Shown here one piece after another: positions 26,179-38,543 of a DNA stretch of 64,000 nucleotides. Source of the stretch: Podarcis cretensis. Taxonomy: Eukaryota. Numbering within the stretch: position 1 is the stretch's first letter; each line of letters begins with the position of its first letter. The stretch spans positions 23,374,001 to 23,438,000 of the forward strand of contig OX638155.1 in NCBI GenBank assembly GCA_951804945.1, written 5' to 3'. The position numbers and the translations under genes are program-made. A model generated the notes under the pieces. That model saw nothing but the letters and a program-made list of their open reading frames with translations. It made no database searches and was not told the DNA's origin.

Positions 26179-27521
26179 CAATGATGATGTGAACTCAAGA
26201 TCCTTGACATCTGTTTAAGATAAAAATTTAAGATTAACCATTTGTTTTGGAGGGCAATAGGGCAAGGAGGGCAAGAGGTGAGCTGGTAATTAAGGTTCCT
26301 TGTTGAGACACATGTAAGATATATTACTACTTATTTGTCATTTATAGATAGAAGAATATATAGCTTTTTGTTTCCCATAAAAGGGCAAAAGGAAATGGGT
26401 GTATCTTTTGTGATTGGTTCTAGCAAACAGCCAATAGGAATTTCAACCAGGCTGATTGGACAGAGGCAGCCACAGGAGGAGCAAGGGGGCTGGATTAAGG
26501 AAATATAAGTGCTGGCCAGAATGGCAGGAGGGCAGGCCAGAGCTTGGTAACCATATACCACTGTGCCTCTCATTTATTTGTCTGACAAATAAATTATTAT
26601 TTTAATTTCTCTATTGCTGAGTTGAATATTTCATTCCAGCTAAGCGTTAACCACAAGCAGGGTGCTACAATAGAAGTGATCGCTATCTAGCAAAGAGAGA
26701 GCCTTGGAGCACCTACATGTGCAAATGTAATTCAGTAAACACTGAGAAGAATCGGTTTTGTTGCATTTGACTGTGAAGCACAGCAGAATAACAATTATTT
26801 AATGCCTTCCATGGCATTAGATAGCTAGATTCTACTGGAAATTTCAAGGCTCTTCTTTGCAGCTCAGCAGGAGGAACAGAGCTATGTATATCCCATACTT
26901 GAGGAAGGGGGGAATAAAAAAAATAAAAATTTGCTCCCAGGCCCTCTCAATTATGTGCCAAGAGAAATGCTGAATTCTGCACTTGGAATAAATTATTCAA
27001 ATTTCTCTAGTTTTTGACATTTAAGCGGGTGTTGCTAATTTAAGGTAGGCTTGAAAGTCTATTCTGGAAACTTGCTCTTTTTTAAAAAGAAAGGAAGAAA
27101 GCAAACTGAGATTCTTAGGAAGCCAATTCGTGCATCCAATACCACATTCTGTGATTATTATTTTTCCCTCGGCTCTTGTAAAATTGCTGCATACACATGG
27201 ATCTGCTTGATCCTTCCTTTTTCTCATGCATTATGTGTAGCTGTAAAATGGGTCACTGAACTCTCTCTGAAAACACCGCTCAAGTAGTCTATAGAGCAGT
27301 AGGGCAAGGCCTGAGCTAGCAAGGAAGGCCTGAGCCTGAGCTAGCAAGGCCTGAGCTAGGGAAGGAAGAATGCTTTGCTCCCCTCCCCACAATCTCTACT
27401 CAAAAACATTTTACGGAATCTTAAATAACATGTCGACAAGCAAGTAGCTTTTTCTTCTTTTCTAGCAGCCACAATGCCACTTCACCATCTCTTAAGACCA
27501 CCATGTTGACTGCGCAGAAAA

Positions 27522-27871
27522 CAGGGGTGAAGAACCTTTGTCACGCTGAACACCACATTTCCTTCTGGGCAATGTTTTGAGGGCCGCCTGCTAGCAGTGA
27601 GCAGGGCCAGAGTAACAATGGGGAGAGCAAGGAATGTAAATTTCCCATTGTGCAGTAGGCTTGTTTCCACACACAAACACACAAACACACACAAACACCA
27701 GACATGCAAGAGGTATTATCTGAGGTCTAGGACACATTCCAACCAGAGGAAAAACTCTCCTGGCATAAAGCAGACCCAGTGAGGTGTGTGGCTTGGAGAA
27801 AATTCAGAGGGCCACACAGGGAGATATGGAGGGCCGCATTCATCCTTCAGGCCTGAAGTTCCTAACCCCTG
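27522..27871. mobile_element. Degenerate hAT-type MITE
   Basis: Ends CAGGGGTGAAGAAC / GTTCCTAACCCCTG; no TSD visible. Confidence 0.5.
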
Positions 27872-28849
27872 ACCAAGAACAATTGCTAAGTTTGGGTCAT
27901 TTTATTGCTTTCTGTCCAGTTGTGCATATGCTTGCCCTGCACTGAGTGCACCTTTTACCCAACAGAGTGTTCTCTGTTTCTGAAGCCACAAGTTCACACC
28001 GTTGTCATGCGCTTCCATGCTATGAGAAGAAAATTGCCCCACGTCTCAGCGTGATCATCATTTATCCTCGATAAAGGCACCAGCAGGCACTATGCAAACA
28101 GTAAAACTAGCAGGTCCTTGCCTTCCAAGTCACGATTTTGTTTGACATATTTTAGATGCTAAAGAATGTGAAACAAAGGGAAGGAGGACTTAAGGGGAGG
28201 AGAAAAACTGTGCACTACCTAAGTGAAACAAACAATGAGTAAAACACACTATAATTAGCTGACGAGTAAGGAAGCGAAGAGAGAGAGCAAATGAGTTTTT
28301 AGTAGTTTCTTAAAAAGGCAAAGAGGAGGTCAGTCAGACATCTCTTTTTTTTTTAATCAATGCTTCCTCCAGGATAGTAAGTTCCTAGTCTTCAGCTATG
28401 TACTGCTAATTTGTAAGATGGTCCAAAAGATGTTAATGATGTCATTGTTCTTTGAAATTGTCATACCATGGTGCTTCCTATACATCGGAGCTACTTTTCT
28501 CCACATAGACCCAAAATACGGCATGGATCTTTCTTATGGTGCTGGGGTGACATGTAAAGAGCACCTATGTTTATGACCAATTATGCAGCCAGCCAGTGTG
28601 GTATAATAGCTAAGAACAAGTATGCTGAGGACTACATCCTGGGGAGACAGCTGGAGTTTTTGCAGATGTTGGATGCCCCTTGTCCAAACAAGACATCTGT
28701 GGATGTTACAAGTGCCACAGGAATATGATCATAACCTGCTTGGCCAATAAAATATAGAATATGGAGATCCATCATTAGATGATGAGGCCCCATACGTCCT
28801 CTAGTGGTTTGAAATATGAAGGTTAAGTGAGTGATGGGCAATTTGCAAC

Positions 28850-29390
28850 TGCCAGGAACGACACCTCAATGCCTTCCATCAGGAAAATTTTGGGCACCAC
28901 ATGGCAGGACAGAGTTCTGAACAAAGATGTCCTCTCCTAAGCCCACATTCCCAGACGTCCTGTCTCAGCGACGTCTACATGTTCATGTCCACAGAATGGA
29001 AGATGGCAGGATACCTAAGGACGTACTCTACCGGGAGCTGGCTTCAGGCACCAGGTCCAGTGGAAGACCAGCTCTGTGCTACAAAGATGTCTGCAAATGT
29101 GACAACGTGTGGCAATCCCTTTCAGATGACTGCAGTGCCTGGAGACAGGTTGTGCTTCCATAACAGTGGCCAAAGGAGGAATGATCGCTGGCAGGAGAGC
29201 AGAGAGGAGAAACGTCATGGTGCATCTGCAGCAGCACAACCGGACACACATCTGCCCCAGCTGCAACAAAACATGTCTCTCCAATATCGGTCTCTACACA
29301 CACAGCAGCCGCTGTAACCTTCCAATGGTTTGACTTCACTCCCAAAGGCACACTCCTCCTTTGTCTCCCGAGACAGACTGATGCCAGCCA
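28850..29390 (+). mobile_element. RTE-clade LINE 3' fragment (decayed)
   Basis: Encodes HVHRMEDGRIPKDVLYRELASGTRSSGRPALCYKDVCK, typical of the RTE ORF C-terminus; multiple indels. Confidence 0.85.
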
Positions 29391-30429
29391 AAAGCTCCAT
29401 ACCTGCTAAATATCTCTGTATTTTAGGAGTTACAGAGGGACCCTCAGCAAAGAAGGAATATTTTCATGGTTATTGCAATCCATACTCACGACAAACATAT
29501 GCCTCTCTGTTGGGCCACCTTGACTTACTCACGAACCCAAGGAAATCAGTGACGGACGCAGAAGTGGGATTCAAGTTGTTCAGTATGCAGCTGCCTTGCA
29601 GATGAGAGTTCTGAAGTTGTTTTGAATGATGAATTTTCCACACCTGAAAGCTATGAAAGGTGAAACAGCAAGTGCACCACAGAAAGCACTTCAAAGCCAA
29701 GATCAAGAGAAATTTAGGATTTCAGTCTTTGGTTTGATAGATGCTACATGAATAACTAAGAAATGTGTGTGTTTGCATAATGCAGCGAGAGGAAGGAAGC
29801 TGCCTGCTCCACACAGTAACACTCCCCACTCCTTCCACAAGAAAAAGAAAGAACCAGGTGACAATTAGGTTAGACTGAAGAGAACAAAGTTAAGCAATTT
29901 ATTCATTGAAGAAAAAGAAGTCGGGAAGGATGAGGAAGAGATAAAGAGCAACGAAGCTTAAAGTTTGCGTAAGCATATTGGAAAGTGGTGTTCCTGATAG
30001 TTATCGCCCAAGAACAGATTGCTTGCTTGTGGGAGAGAATATTGATTTTGCATTTCTAAGCAAGTTTCTCCTATTGACTTCAACTCTATGTTTTAAAATG
30101 TTGCAGCTTTCAGATTCGCAGCCCTTTAAGGCTATACAAAGAAAAACCTTCACTTGACATATTTATCCTGCAATTCCATTGTTCCCGGGAAGCCATTCCG
30201 GGGGGGTGGGGGGCCTTAGGAAGCATCAGATTACCCTCTCCCAGGGCAGAGAGAAAGAACTCTGAGGTTCTTCTGTCCCTTCTGTAATGGAAGGGGGAAG
30301 CTAAAAGATCCTGCTTATGCCCTTCCTTGCACAACCGTCTTGTAAGGCTGTGCCCCAAACAATTCAATAATGCTGTCACCAATACATGCTTAGTTATTTT
30401 ACATATTTCTCGTATGGCTGTTGTCCAGA

Positions 30430-31245
30430 ATAGTTGGGTTTTAGACATCACCCCAGAATTGGTCCTACTAAACATCTTCCAAGACAACAGCGCCCACTTA
30501 CACCACAAAGCACTCATAACCCACCTACTTTCAGCAGCCAGAAACACCATAACCAGACACTGGAGAGACCTGTCAGGAGTAAGCATGGACCAATGGTACC
30601 AAATAGTATGGGAAACAGCCCTACTAGAAAAATTAACCAATAAACTGAAACTGACATGGGAACAAACAGAAGAAGACAGCTCCCCTTTATCACGTACACC
30701 AGTGTTCCCCAACCTTGGGCCTCCAGCTGTTTTTGGACTACAATTCCCATCATCCTTGACCACTGGTCTTGCTAGCGAGGGATGATGGGAGTTGTAGTCC
30801 AAAAACAGCTGGAGGCCCAAGGTTGGGAAACACTGACGTACACAACCCAACAAGACAATGACAATAATCCACCAACAGCATATAAACCAATATGGCTAAC
30901 CTGATCCAGAACACCCACCCACCCCACTTACACACAAAAACAAAGATCACCACAGCCAATCACAAACATACAACCACACCCTAGGCCAACCCCAGCCTCT
31001 CTCACCACCAAAGGAACACAAGTGAACAGCAGAGAACCGGCACGAGTAACGCTGACACCAAACCCTACAAACATTAAGCAAAATAGAAACATCGCCACCT
31101 GACCCCACTCATCTTCTCCCCCTCCACGCCTTTTCTTCCTAATGTTTCAACAAATGAAACTGATTTGTAAAAATGTTACATGGAAAAAAGTACGAGAGAC
31201 ATTATACATACTTCTGTAAAACAAGAAAATCTTTAATAAAAAAAA
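30430..31245 (+). mobile_element. L1-clade LINE 3' fragment interrupted by a MITE
   Basis: Encodes PELVLLNIF...LITHLLSAARNTITRHWR...WYQIVWETALLEKLT; A/C-rich 3' UTR ending AATAAA and poly(A). Confidence 0.75.
30700..30835. mobile_element. 136-bp palindromic hAT MITE
   Basis: About 55-bp near-perfect inverted arms (CAGTGTT.CCCAACCTTGGGCCTCCAGCTGTTTTTGGACTACAA.TCCCATCATCC); perfect 8-bp TSD ACGTACAC. Confidence 0.93.
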
Positions 31246-31424
31246 TTGCTGTCACCACACCCCCAATTAACCCTTTCCTCTTCCACCCAGGGAGGGTGAA
31301 CTATAGGAGGTCAAAACAACTGTGTCTAAAGAGACAATATGTCTTAAAAGAGTCTTGATTTCAAGGGGTCTGAACTGGCAGTGACTGACCAGCAATGAGG
31401 CCTTGGGGTCATAGTAGATTGCCC

Positions 31425-31825
31425 AAAGAAGACATTGACCCAGTGTGCAGCAGCTGTGGAAAGGCAAATTCAGTGCTCGGGAGAGTTAGAAAAGGAATTG
31501 GAAATAAAACTGCCAATATCGTAATGCTGTTAGACAAAACTGTGGCGGGGCCGCGTTTGGAAAATTGTGTACCGTTCTGGTCTACTCACCTCAAAAAAGG
31601 ATATTGTAGAGTTGGGGAAAGTTCGGGAAAAGGTTCCCAAAAATGATTTAAGGGTGTGTAGAGCAATTCCCAGGACATCCAGTCAAGTCAAATGTTGGAA
31701 GATTCGGGATGGATAAAAGAAAGGGCTTCCTCCATAATTAAACTTTGCTCCCATGAGAGGAAATGACAGCCACCAACTTGGATTGCTTTGAAAGAGGATT
31801 AGACAAATTCGTGGAGGATATCAAG
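31425..31825 (+). mobile_element. Old CR1 LINE ORF2 3' fragment
   Basis: Encodes KANSVLGRVRKGIGNKTANIVMLL...PRLENCVPFWSTHLKK, homologous to the CR1 KANAILGCI...[17 protein letters not shown] seen at about 57200-57340. Confidence 0.8.
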
Positions 31826-32367
31826 GAAGCATACCCTGCACTTCCTAAGCAAATCTCTCTCAATTATGGCCTTTCTCACTCTGGAGCTCAGCGCAGCCTG
31901 CCCTTTTCCCTGTGAATCATCGAGCCTAATGAAAAAAGACAGTGGCATCACTGACATAGGGTAACCCTGTTTCTGGTGGGAGGGAGTGTGGATTTCATCG
32001 GGCTCAATGCTTCTGGAAAGATCAGAGGCAGGGGAGGAATTTTGGAGTGGAGGAGCCCTAAGCAAGATAGGCAACTGGCCTCCCAGGAGCTCAGTGGCTC
32101 CTAGCGTCACAGATGTTCACAAGATGCACCTCAGTCCTTTAAGAAGAGTCCTCTGCTTGCCTCTTAGGCCAGGTCCAAACAGCATGAAAGTGCAGAGCTC
32201 TACATGGGCTCCACCACTTCAGACAACAGATGGAGATGCCAGTGTTGAATGCTCCCCTTCATTTTAAAACAACCACCACCTTCAAAGGAAAAGAACAACC
32301 TAGGTTGGACTGGAACGTCTCTCTGGCATGATACCCAATGCTTCTTCTTCTTAATATGCACAAATTG

Positions 32368-32686
32368 GCTTTTTTAAATATAGGTGGGAACAGTCAAAAA
32401 TGGCATGTACATAATCCACATCTTGAAGTGATGTAGTCCACTCTATTTTCTATTTTACGCTGCATGTATAGGAATTGTGGGGCTAAAGGAGATGACAAGG
32501 GGAAAGTTCTGCTAATGGCTGTTCTGCTTTTTTAAATATAGGTGGGAACAGTCAAAAATGGCATGTACATAATCCACATCTTGAAGTGATGTAGTCCACT
32601 CTATTTTCTATTTTACGCTGCATGTATAGGAATTGTGGGGCTAAAGGAGATGACAAGGGGAAAGTTCTGCTAATGGCTGTTCTGCT
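32368..32686. repeat. Perfect 158-bp tandem duplication
   Basis: 32368-32525 is identical to 32526-32683; GCT microhomology at the junctions. Confidence 0.93.
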
Positions 32687-32897
32687 CTTCATACAGGGGA
32701 AAGGAGGTCTGTAGATGCAGTATTCCTTTCAAAGACACTTAAAGCACATTCTGTCCCTCAAAGAACTATGGGCATTGTAGTTTGTTAAGGGTTGCTGGGA
32801 ATTTTAGCTCTATGAGGGGTAAACTACAGCACCCAGAATTCTTTGAGGGGAGGAAATTGCTTAGAGTGTGCTTTCAAAGTATAGTCTATAGTGCATA

Positions 32898-33246
32898 AAG
32901 GTAAAGGGACCCCTGACCATTAGGTCCAGTCGTGGCTGACTCTGGGGTTGTGGCGCTCATCTCGCTTTATTGGCCAAGGGAGCCGGCGTACAGCTTCCGG
33001 GTCATGTGGCCAGCATGACTAAGCCGCTTCTGGTGAACCAGAGCAGCGCACGGAAACGCCGTTTACCTTCCCACTGGAGCAGTACCTATTTATCTACTTA
33101 CACTTTGACGTGCTTTCGAACTGCTAGGTTGGCAGGAGCAGGGACTGAGCAACGGGAGCTCACCCTGTCGTGGGGATTCGAACCGCCAACCTTCTGATCG
33201 GCAAGTCCTATGCTCTGTGGTTTAGACACAGCGCCACCCGCGTCCC
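32898..33246 (-). mobile_element. Sauria SINE
   Basis: Full-length reverse copy; 13-bp TSD TCTATAGTGCATA (32885-32897 / 33247-33259). Confidence 0.92.
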
Positions 33247-33441
33247 TCTATAGTGCATACACAGCCTTAAAAAGAGCCCTTTGCCTATATTTCAGCTTAA
33301 ATATATTTCAATTCAAAAAGGATCTCTAATTAAGAGAGAGAGAGAGGCTCTAACAATAACCCATCTCTCTCACTGCTGCCTCTTCTGTGCCTTTCCAGAA
33401 GCTTATTGTGGATAACTTGGGACTTGAAATCAACAAATTTT

Positions 33442-33490
33442 TTCCTTCCTTCCTTCCTTCCTTCCTTCCTTCCTTCCTTCCTTCCTTCCT
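33442..33490. repeat. (TTCC)n microsatellite
   Basis: About 12 units. Confidence 0.95.
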
Positions 33491-33957
33491 TTCCTTATCT
33501 GCTTGTACAGATCTTATATTAGTCAGCCACACGTATTTAACAGTTGAATCCTAAGATTCACAGCTGAAGGGCTTTTTCCATGCAGTAATATTTGATGGTC
33601 GGTCATGCAAGAGTGACAGATCAAATTTCAAATGTAAAGACCTCCGTGGGGGTTTCTGGTGGTCTGATTGGCGGAATTTTATAAAGTCGGATGGATATGA
33701 AAGCGGGAGAAGATCGAAGGAGATAAAAATGTGCATAGAATTCCTACCTTTGGTTTTGGAGGCAGTTAGAGATGTATTCTGATTGTACCTGCAAATACCC
33801 TTAACTCGCACAAATAAATTGTGCACGCACAAAAATGTTGCTCATTGCTTGCATTAGCCTTGTGAATGTATTGCTCCAAACAAGGCAGTGGGTGGGGGGC
33901 GGGAGTCAAACTCATTACTAAAATGTTTTCACCGGCTTTCTCTTTGTGTCACTACAG

Positions 33958-34079
33958 ACAACCCAAAGGAGAGCAGCCGCATCCCAGTGTTTATTAAAGT
34001 CCTGGACGTGAATGACAACGCCCCGGAGTTTGCCATGTTTTACGAAACCTTCGTCTGTGAAAATGCAAAGGCCGAGCAG
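33958..34079 (+). CDS. CDH6: Cadherin-6 coding exon (approx. exon 9), EC4/EC5
   Basis: ctacag|ACAACCCA...GAGCAG|gtgtgc; 122 nt; [40 protein letters not shown]. Confidence 0.96.
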
Positions 34080-34774
34080 GTGTGCGGTTTGTGCTTCGTA
34101 ACGAATAAATATGAGATTTATAACGGGGTCTGTGCTATGGTGGCAACAGCATTGTGCCTGTGAGCTGGCACTATGCATTGCAAAGGAACTGACAGCGATG
34201 CTAAGTGAAATGAGACCATGACTATCTTGCATCGGCTTGCGAATGGCATTCCCTTAGGAGCTGGTGTGATGCGGCATTGCATATCACAGAGTTCAGCGTG
34301 GCTCCTTCTTGAACTTCAGTTTGCCGGCCCCATATTTCCCCTTAATTTGCTCTGTTTAATGCTTCTCTTGATGAATCCCTTGAAGGTTTGATACGAAAGG
34401 CACATATTTGAAATTAGTTCTGTTGCCATCTAGGTATTTGCAAGATCTGGGTGGGGAATGAGACAAAAGATTGGGGTCTTCTTTTTTTTTAATGGACTGA
34501 AAAGAACTACTCAACATACTCTGATGTTTGGGGATGCAAAGCCCTTTGTAGTTACCCCAGTTCACCATGCCCTACAGCCTGGGAGACAATTCACCAGCTG
34601 GGTGTATGGCAGATTGCCTGGGCATTCTGTGCTCCAGAAGAAAGGCAGTCTGTATATTCATAAATATGATTATTAAAAAGCAGATCAAATGGGGTAAAGA
34701 TCACCATCTCCACCCCAAAGATCCCTATCTCTTTTCACTCCAATCCCCAACCTTATCAAGTTGAATAGCTAAAA

Positions 34775-35340
34775 CAGAATAAAACTTCAAACATCAAAAC
34801 CTTTCCTAAACAGGGCTGCCTTCAGGTGTCTTCTAAAAATCAGGTTGTTGTTTATTTCCTTGACATCTGATGGGAGGGCATTTCACAGGGTGGCCGCCAC
34901 TACCAAGAAGCTCTCCCTGCTTCCTTGTAACCTCAGTTCTTGCAGTGAGGGAACCGCCAGAAGGCCATCGGAGCTGGACCTCAGTGTCTGGGCTGAACGA
35001 TGGGGGTGGAGACACTCCTTCAGGCATACTGGGCCTTTGAGGCCATTTAGGACTTTAAAGGTCAGCACCAACACTTTGAATTGTGTTTGGAAACATACTG
35101 GGAGCCAATGTAGGTCTTTCAGGACTGGTGTTATGTGGTCTCAGCGGCCGCTCCCTGTCACCAGTCTGGCTGCCACATTCTGGATTAGTTGTAGTTTCCC
35201 GGTCACCTTCAAAGGTAGCCCCACGTAGAGCGCATTGCAGTAGTCCAAGTGGGAGATAACTAGAGCATGCACCACTCTGGTGAGACAGTCCATGGGCAGG
35301 TAGGGTCTCAGCCTGCGTAGCAGATGGAGCTGGTAGAAAA
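34775..35340 (-). mobile_element. L2-clade LINE 3' fragment
   Basis: Encodes FYQLHLLRRLRPYL...VHALVISHLDYCNALYVGLP...LQLIQNVAARL...HITPVLKDLHWLP (L2 ORF2 C-terminus) with stops. Confidence 0.88.
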
Positions 35341-35553
35341 TACCTGTATGAGACACGTATTCCAAAGCAACTCTTAGAGAACAGCATTTCTTTGCTGGAA
35401 ATCTCAACCGCTGCTATCTGCTTGGCACGCTGCTTCGAACTCATTGCTCTAAGGTTATTTGTGGAATAATACAGTATGAACAAGGTCTTGGTGTCAAAGA
35501 GCCTGGCTGTCACAGCGATGGTAATACAATAACACCATTGTCCATTTTTTTAG

Positions 35554-35671
35554 CTCATACAGACCTTAAGTGCCGTTGACAAAGACGACTCTTTCGGCGG
35601 ACACAAATTTTCCTTCTCGCTGGCTCCCGAAGTAGCCAGCAGCTCCAATTTCACCCTTCAGGACAACAGAG
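35554..35671 (+). CDS. CDH6: Cadherin-6 coding exon (approx. exon 10), EC5
   Basis: ttttag|CTCATACAG...AACAGAG|gtaatt; 118 nt; LIQTLSAVDKDDSFGGHKFSFSLAPEVASSSNFTLQDNR; followed by an 89-nt intron. Confidence 0.96.
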
Positions 35672-35760
35672 GTAATTCTTGTCTATCTGCTTCATTCTCT
35701 TTGGGGTTGAGGGACTTTCAGAATGAACATGCTGCTTACAATGCTCCTGGTTCTCTCCAG

Positions 35761-36012
35761 ATAACACAGCCGCGATCTACACAAGGAGAACCCGGTATAA
35801 CAGACACGAGATGAATATCTACCTCCTGCCCGTGGTAATATCGGACAACGACTACCCGATTCAGAGCAGCACGGAAACCGTGACCATCCGAGTGTGCGCC
35901 TGCGACCAGAGAGGGAAAATGCTCTCCTGTAACGCCGAAGCGCTGATCCATCCAACCGGCCTCAGCACAGGCGCTCTGATCGCGATTCTCCTCTGCATTA
36001 TTATACTGCTAG
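35761..36012 (+). CDS. CDH6: Cadherin-6 coding exon (approx. exon 11), EC5 and start of transmembrane helix
   Basis: ctccag|ATAACACA...CTGCTAG|gtaaag; 252 nt; [37 protein letters not shown]...VCACD...[18 protein letters not shown]. Confidence 0.97.
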
Positions 36013-37723
36013 GTAAAGGAGTCACTTGAATTGCAGGAGGTGGGGAGAGGAGCTCACCGTGCCCATGGATGGAGCACACATGTGTGCTACACATTAACAA
36101 AGCCATGGCAATATAAGACTGTAGTCATGGGCAGCAGCCAGGATTTAGGTTAGGGGGGACACCCATCTGTCATCATCCTTTGCCTGGCTCTGTCTAGCAG
36201 ATTTGGAAGGAGATGCCTCAAAATTGCTTTCTTTTCAGCCCAAGTCCTCAGTCTAAATCTTCAGTCATTTGAAAACTAGGAAGTTAAATAACAAAATCAC
36301 CGACCGCCTTTTGCATGGTTAACGAGTCTCTTTTGCGAAACTACAAAGAACACGCCTTTTTCATCTTATTTTTTTTAAAAAAAATCAAAACTAAAACAAG
36401 TTTCCTCACATTTGCTGATAACCTTTTCAGCATTTCCTTCTCAAATTCCTCCTATTTTCCGATGAAGTTTTCCCCCCCGTGAACACTCAGTAAGCATTGC
36501 CCATTTCTACTTTTAGTTAATTATTTTTATTTATTTACTTGATAGAGGGAGCAGCCTCTCCCTTCTCTTGGCTACACCCATGACCGTAGTTATCCAGTGT
36601 CATCGGAGAAGTGATCTCCTTTGAATTACACAGGGTTTTTGTACTTCCTTCCAGGATCCTCCCTGGATGCCTATGAGAATTTAATCTGTGGTGACCCCAA
36701 ATATTCAGATTACACAACCACCTCCTCTGTACACTTCTGCCTCAGTCATACATAGGCCAACCACAATCAGAAACCACTGCAAGCATCTTAGCTGTCATGC
36801 CACGGTCTAAGCCACCATACACACATGTCCACTAAACTTTATCTTTTACATGAGCACATTCACCCGCTAATCATAACCACAAAGTGCAGCAGGTACACAC
36901 TGACCCAAAAGTACACAGTCCCCAAGTTCACCAGTGAAGGAAGTTGTGATCGTATCAACTCCTTGACTCTAGTAACGCAATATCTCAGTTTACCCAAGTT
37001 ACCCTACCAACTCTTGGCGCCTAACATAAACATCCTATTTTGTGTTTTAGTTGGGTTTTTTAACTGATTTTCCAATATTGTTCCAATAACAGCCGCATTA
37101 TAACCATGCCAATTTTATCCAATTAATACAATTATTAAAACCAATTATTTATATACCAAATTATTCAATTTAGTTAAAGTGGCCTCTTCACATGCTAGAT
37201 TTGATGGCTCCCTCTTTGCTTTTCCTTTTCCAAAATCTTAATAATTTCAATTACATTCCCTTCAAGATAATGATCCCTTATACGGATTGCAATCTTACGG
37301 TTTCAATTCGTGTTAATATATTAAGTGATTTATAAAGTTTCAAGCGAGGTACTCGGTCTGTAATCATTGTTCTTTCCTGTGTGTGGTAATCTCCCCCCCC
37401 CCCAAATGATGTTGTCCCAATCATATATAGTGTTGTGTCCTTCATTCTTCCAACTGTTGATATTTCCCATCATGACTTGGGGGTAGCAGTTGTCTCACAG
37501 TTTTCCAACAGCCCTTGCGTCACTTTGCCCCGTGTTTCAGGAGTTTGTTGGAGACCCCTCCGTTCCAACAAATAAATTGTCCTCGCCATATTTTTTCCCC
37601 AACCTAGGAAGAGCGGTCTGATTCCAAACTGCCAGGGATTAATAGGAAAACCTATTGCAGCTGGCAGATTCTTCCCTGCTTTCCGCTGAAAATTTATAAT
37701 CGGTTACCTTTCCTGTTTGATTA

Positions 37724-37963
37724 CAGTGGTACCTCGGGTTAATTATTTAATTCATTCCAGAGGTCCATTCTTAACCTGAAACTGTTCTTAACCTGAAGCA
37801 CCACTTTAGCTAATGGGGCCTCCCACTGCCGCCATGCTGCCGGAGCACGATTTCTGTTCTCATCCTGAAGCAAAGTTCTTAACCTGAGGTAATATTTCTG
37901 GGTTAGCAGTCTGTAACCTGAAGCATATATAACCTGAAGCGTATGTAACCCGAGGTACCACTG
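37724..37963. mobile_element. 240-bp TA-flanked Tigger/pogo-type MITE
   Basis: TIR CAGTGGTACCTCGGGTTA at both ends; TA TSD. Confidence 0.9.
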
Positions 37964-38107
37964 TACGTTCCAAATTGTCTCAGTCTCCTTCGCATTCCTT
38001 TGAAAGTAACGGAGAGCAGGGGTGGTTTCGTTCTGTATTCCAACGTAGTCCTTTCAAAGAGTGAAACTTCCACCACCACCCCCTTTATCAGCATCCTATT
38101 TCTAATC

Positions 38108-38357
38108 CATGGGTAGGCAAACTAAGGCCTGGGGGACGGATCTGGCCCAATTGCCTTCTAAATCCAGCTCGCAGACAGTCCAGGAATCAGTGTGTTTTTA
38201 CATGAGTAGAATGTGTCCTTTTATTTCAAATGCATCTCTGAGTTAGTTGTGGGGCATAGGAATTCGTTCATTTTTTTCTTCAGAATATAGTCCGGCCCCC
38301 CACAAGGTCTGAGGGACAGTGGACCGGCCCCCTACTGAAAAAGTTTGCTGACCCCTG
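38108..38357. mobile_element. hAT(Charlie-like) MITE
   Basis: Ends CATGGGTAGGCAAACT / AGTTTGCTGACCCCTG; TSD not evident. Confidence 0.6.
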
Positions 38358-38543
38358 TACAGCAGACTCACTGTTGCCAGGGAAATGAAACTCCACAGTT
38401 CTTCCAAAGACTTTGCTGGTGGGTGCTTCTCATTCCATGCACAAGCCCATCCCGCAATGAGAAACTCTTTGGGCTCCATCAGAGGGCATTAGGGAAGACA
38501 GGTCAGGTTTGGGGAATCACCTTGTTGAGCTGTGCAGGAAGTA

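Noticed and set aside
27307-27360. Small local repeats (GCCTGAGCTAGCAAG units; also a 27-nt duplication at about 42621-42680 and an 18-19-nt duplication at about 10191-10232)
   Set aside because: Ordinary slippage-type duplications with no further structure.
30110-30853. 247-aa minus-strand ORF
   Set aside because: Antisense read-through of an L1 fragment plus a palindromic MITE; no recognisable domain.
37050-38100. Possible decayed L1 on the minus strand hosting the 37724 MITE
   Set aside because: Composition is suggestive, but no convincing protein motif could be read.
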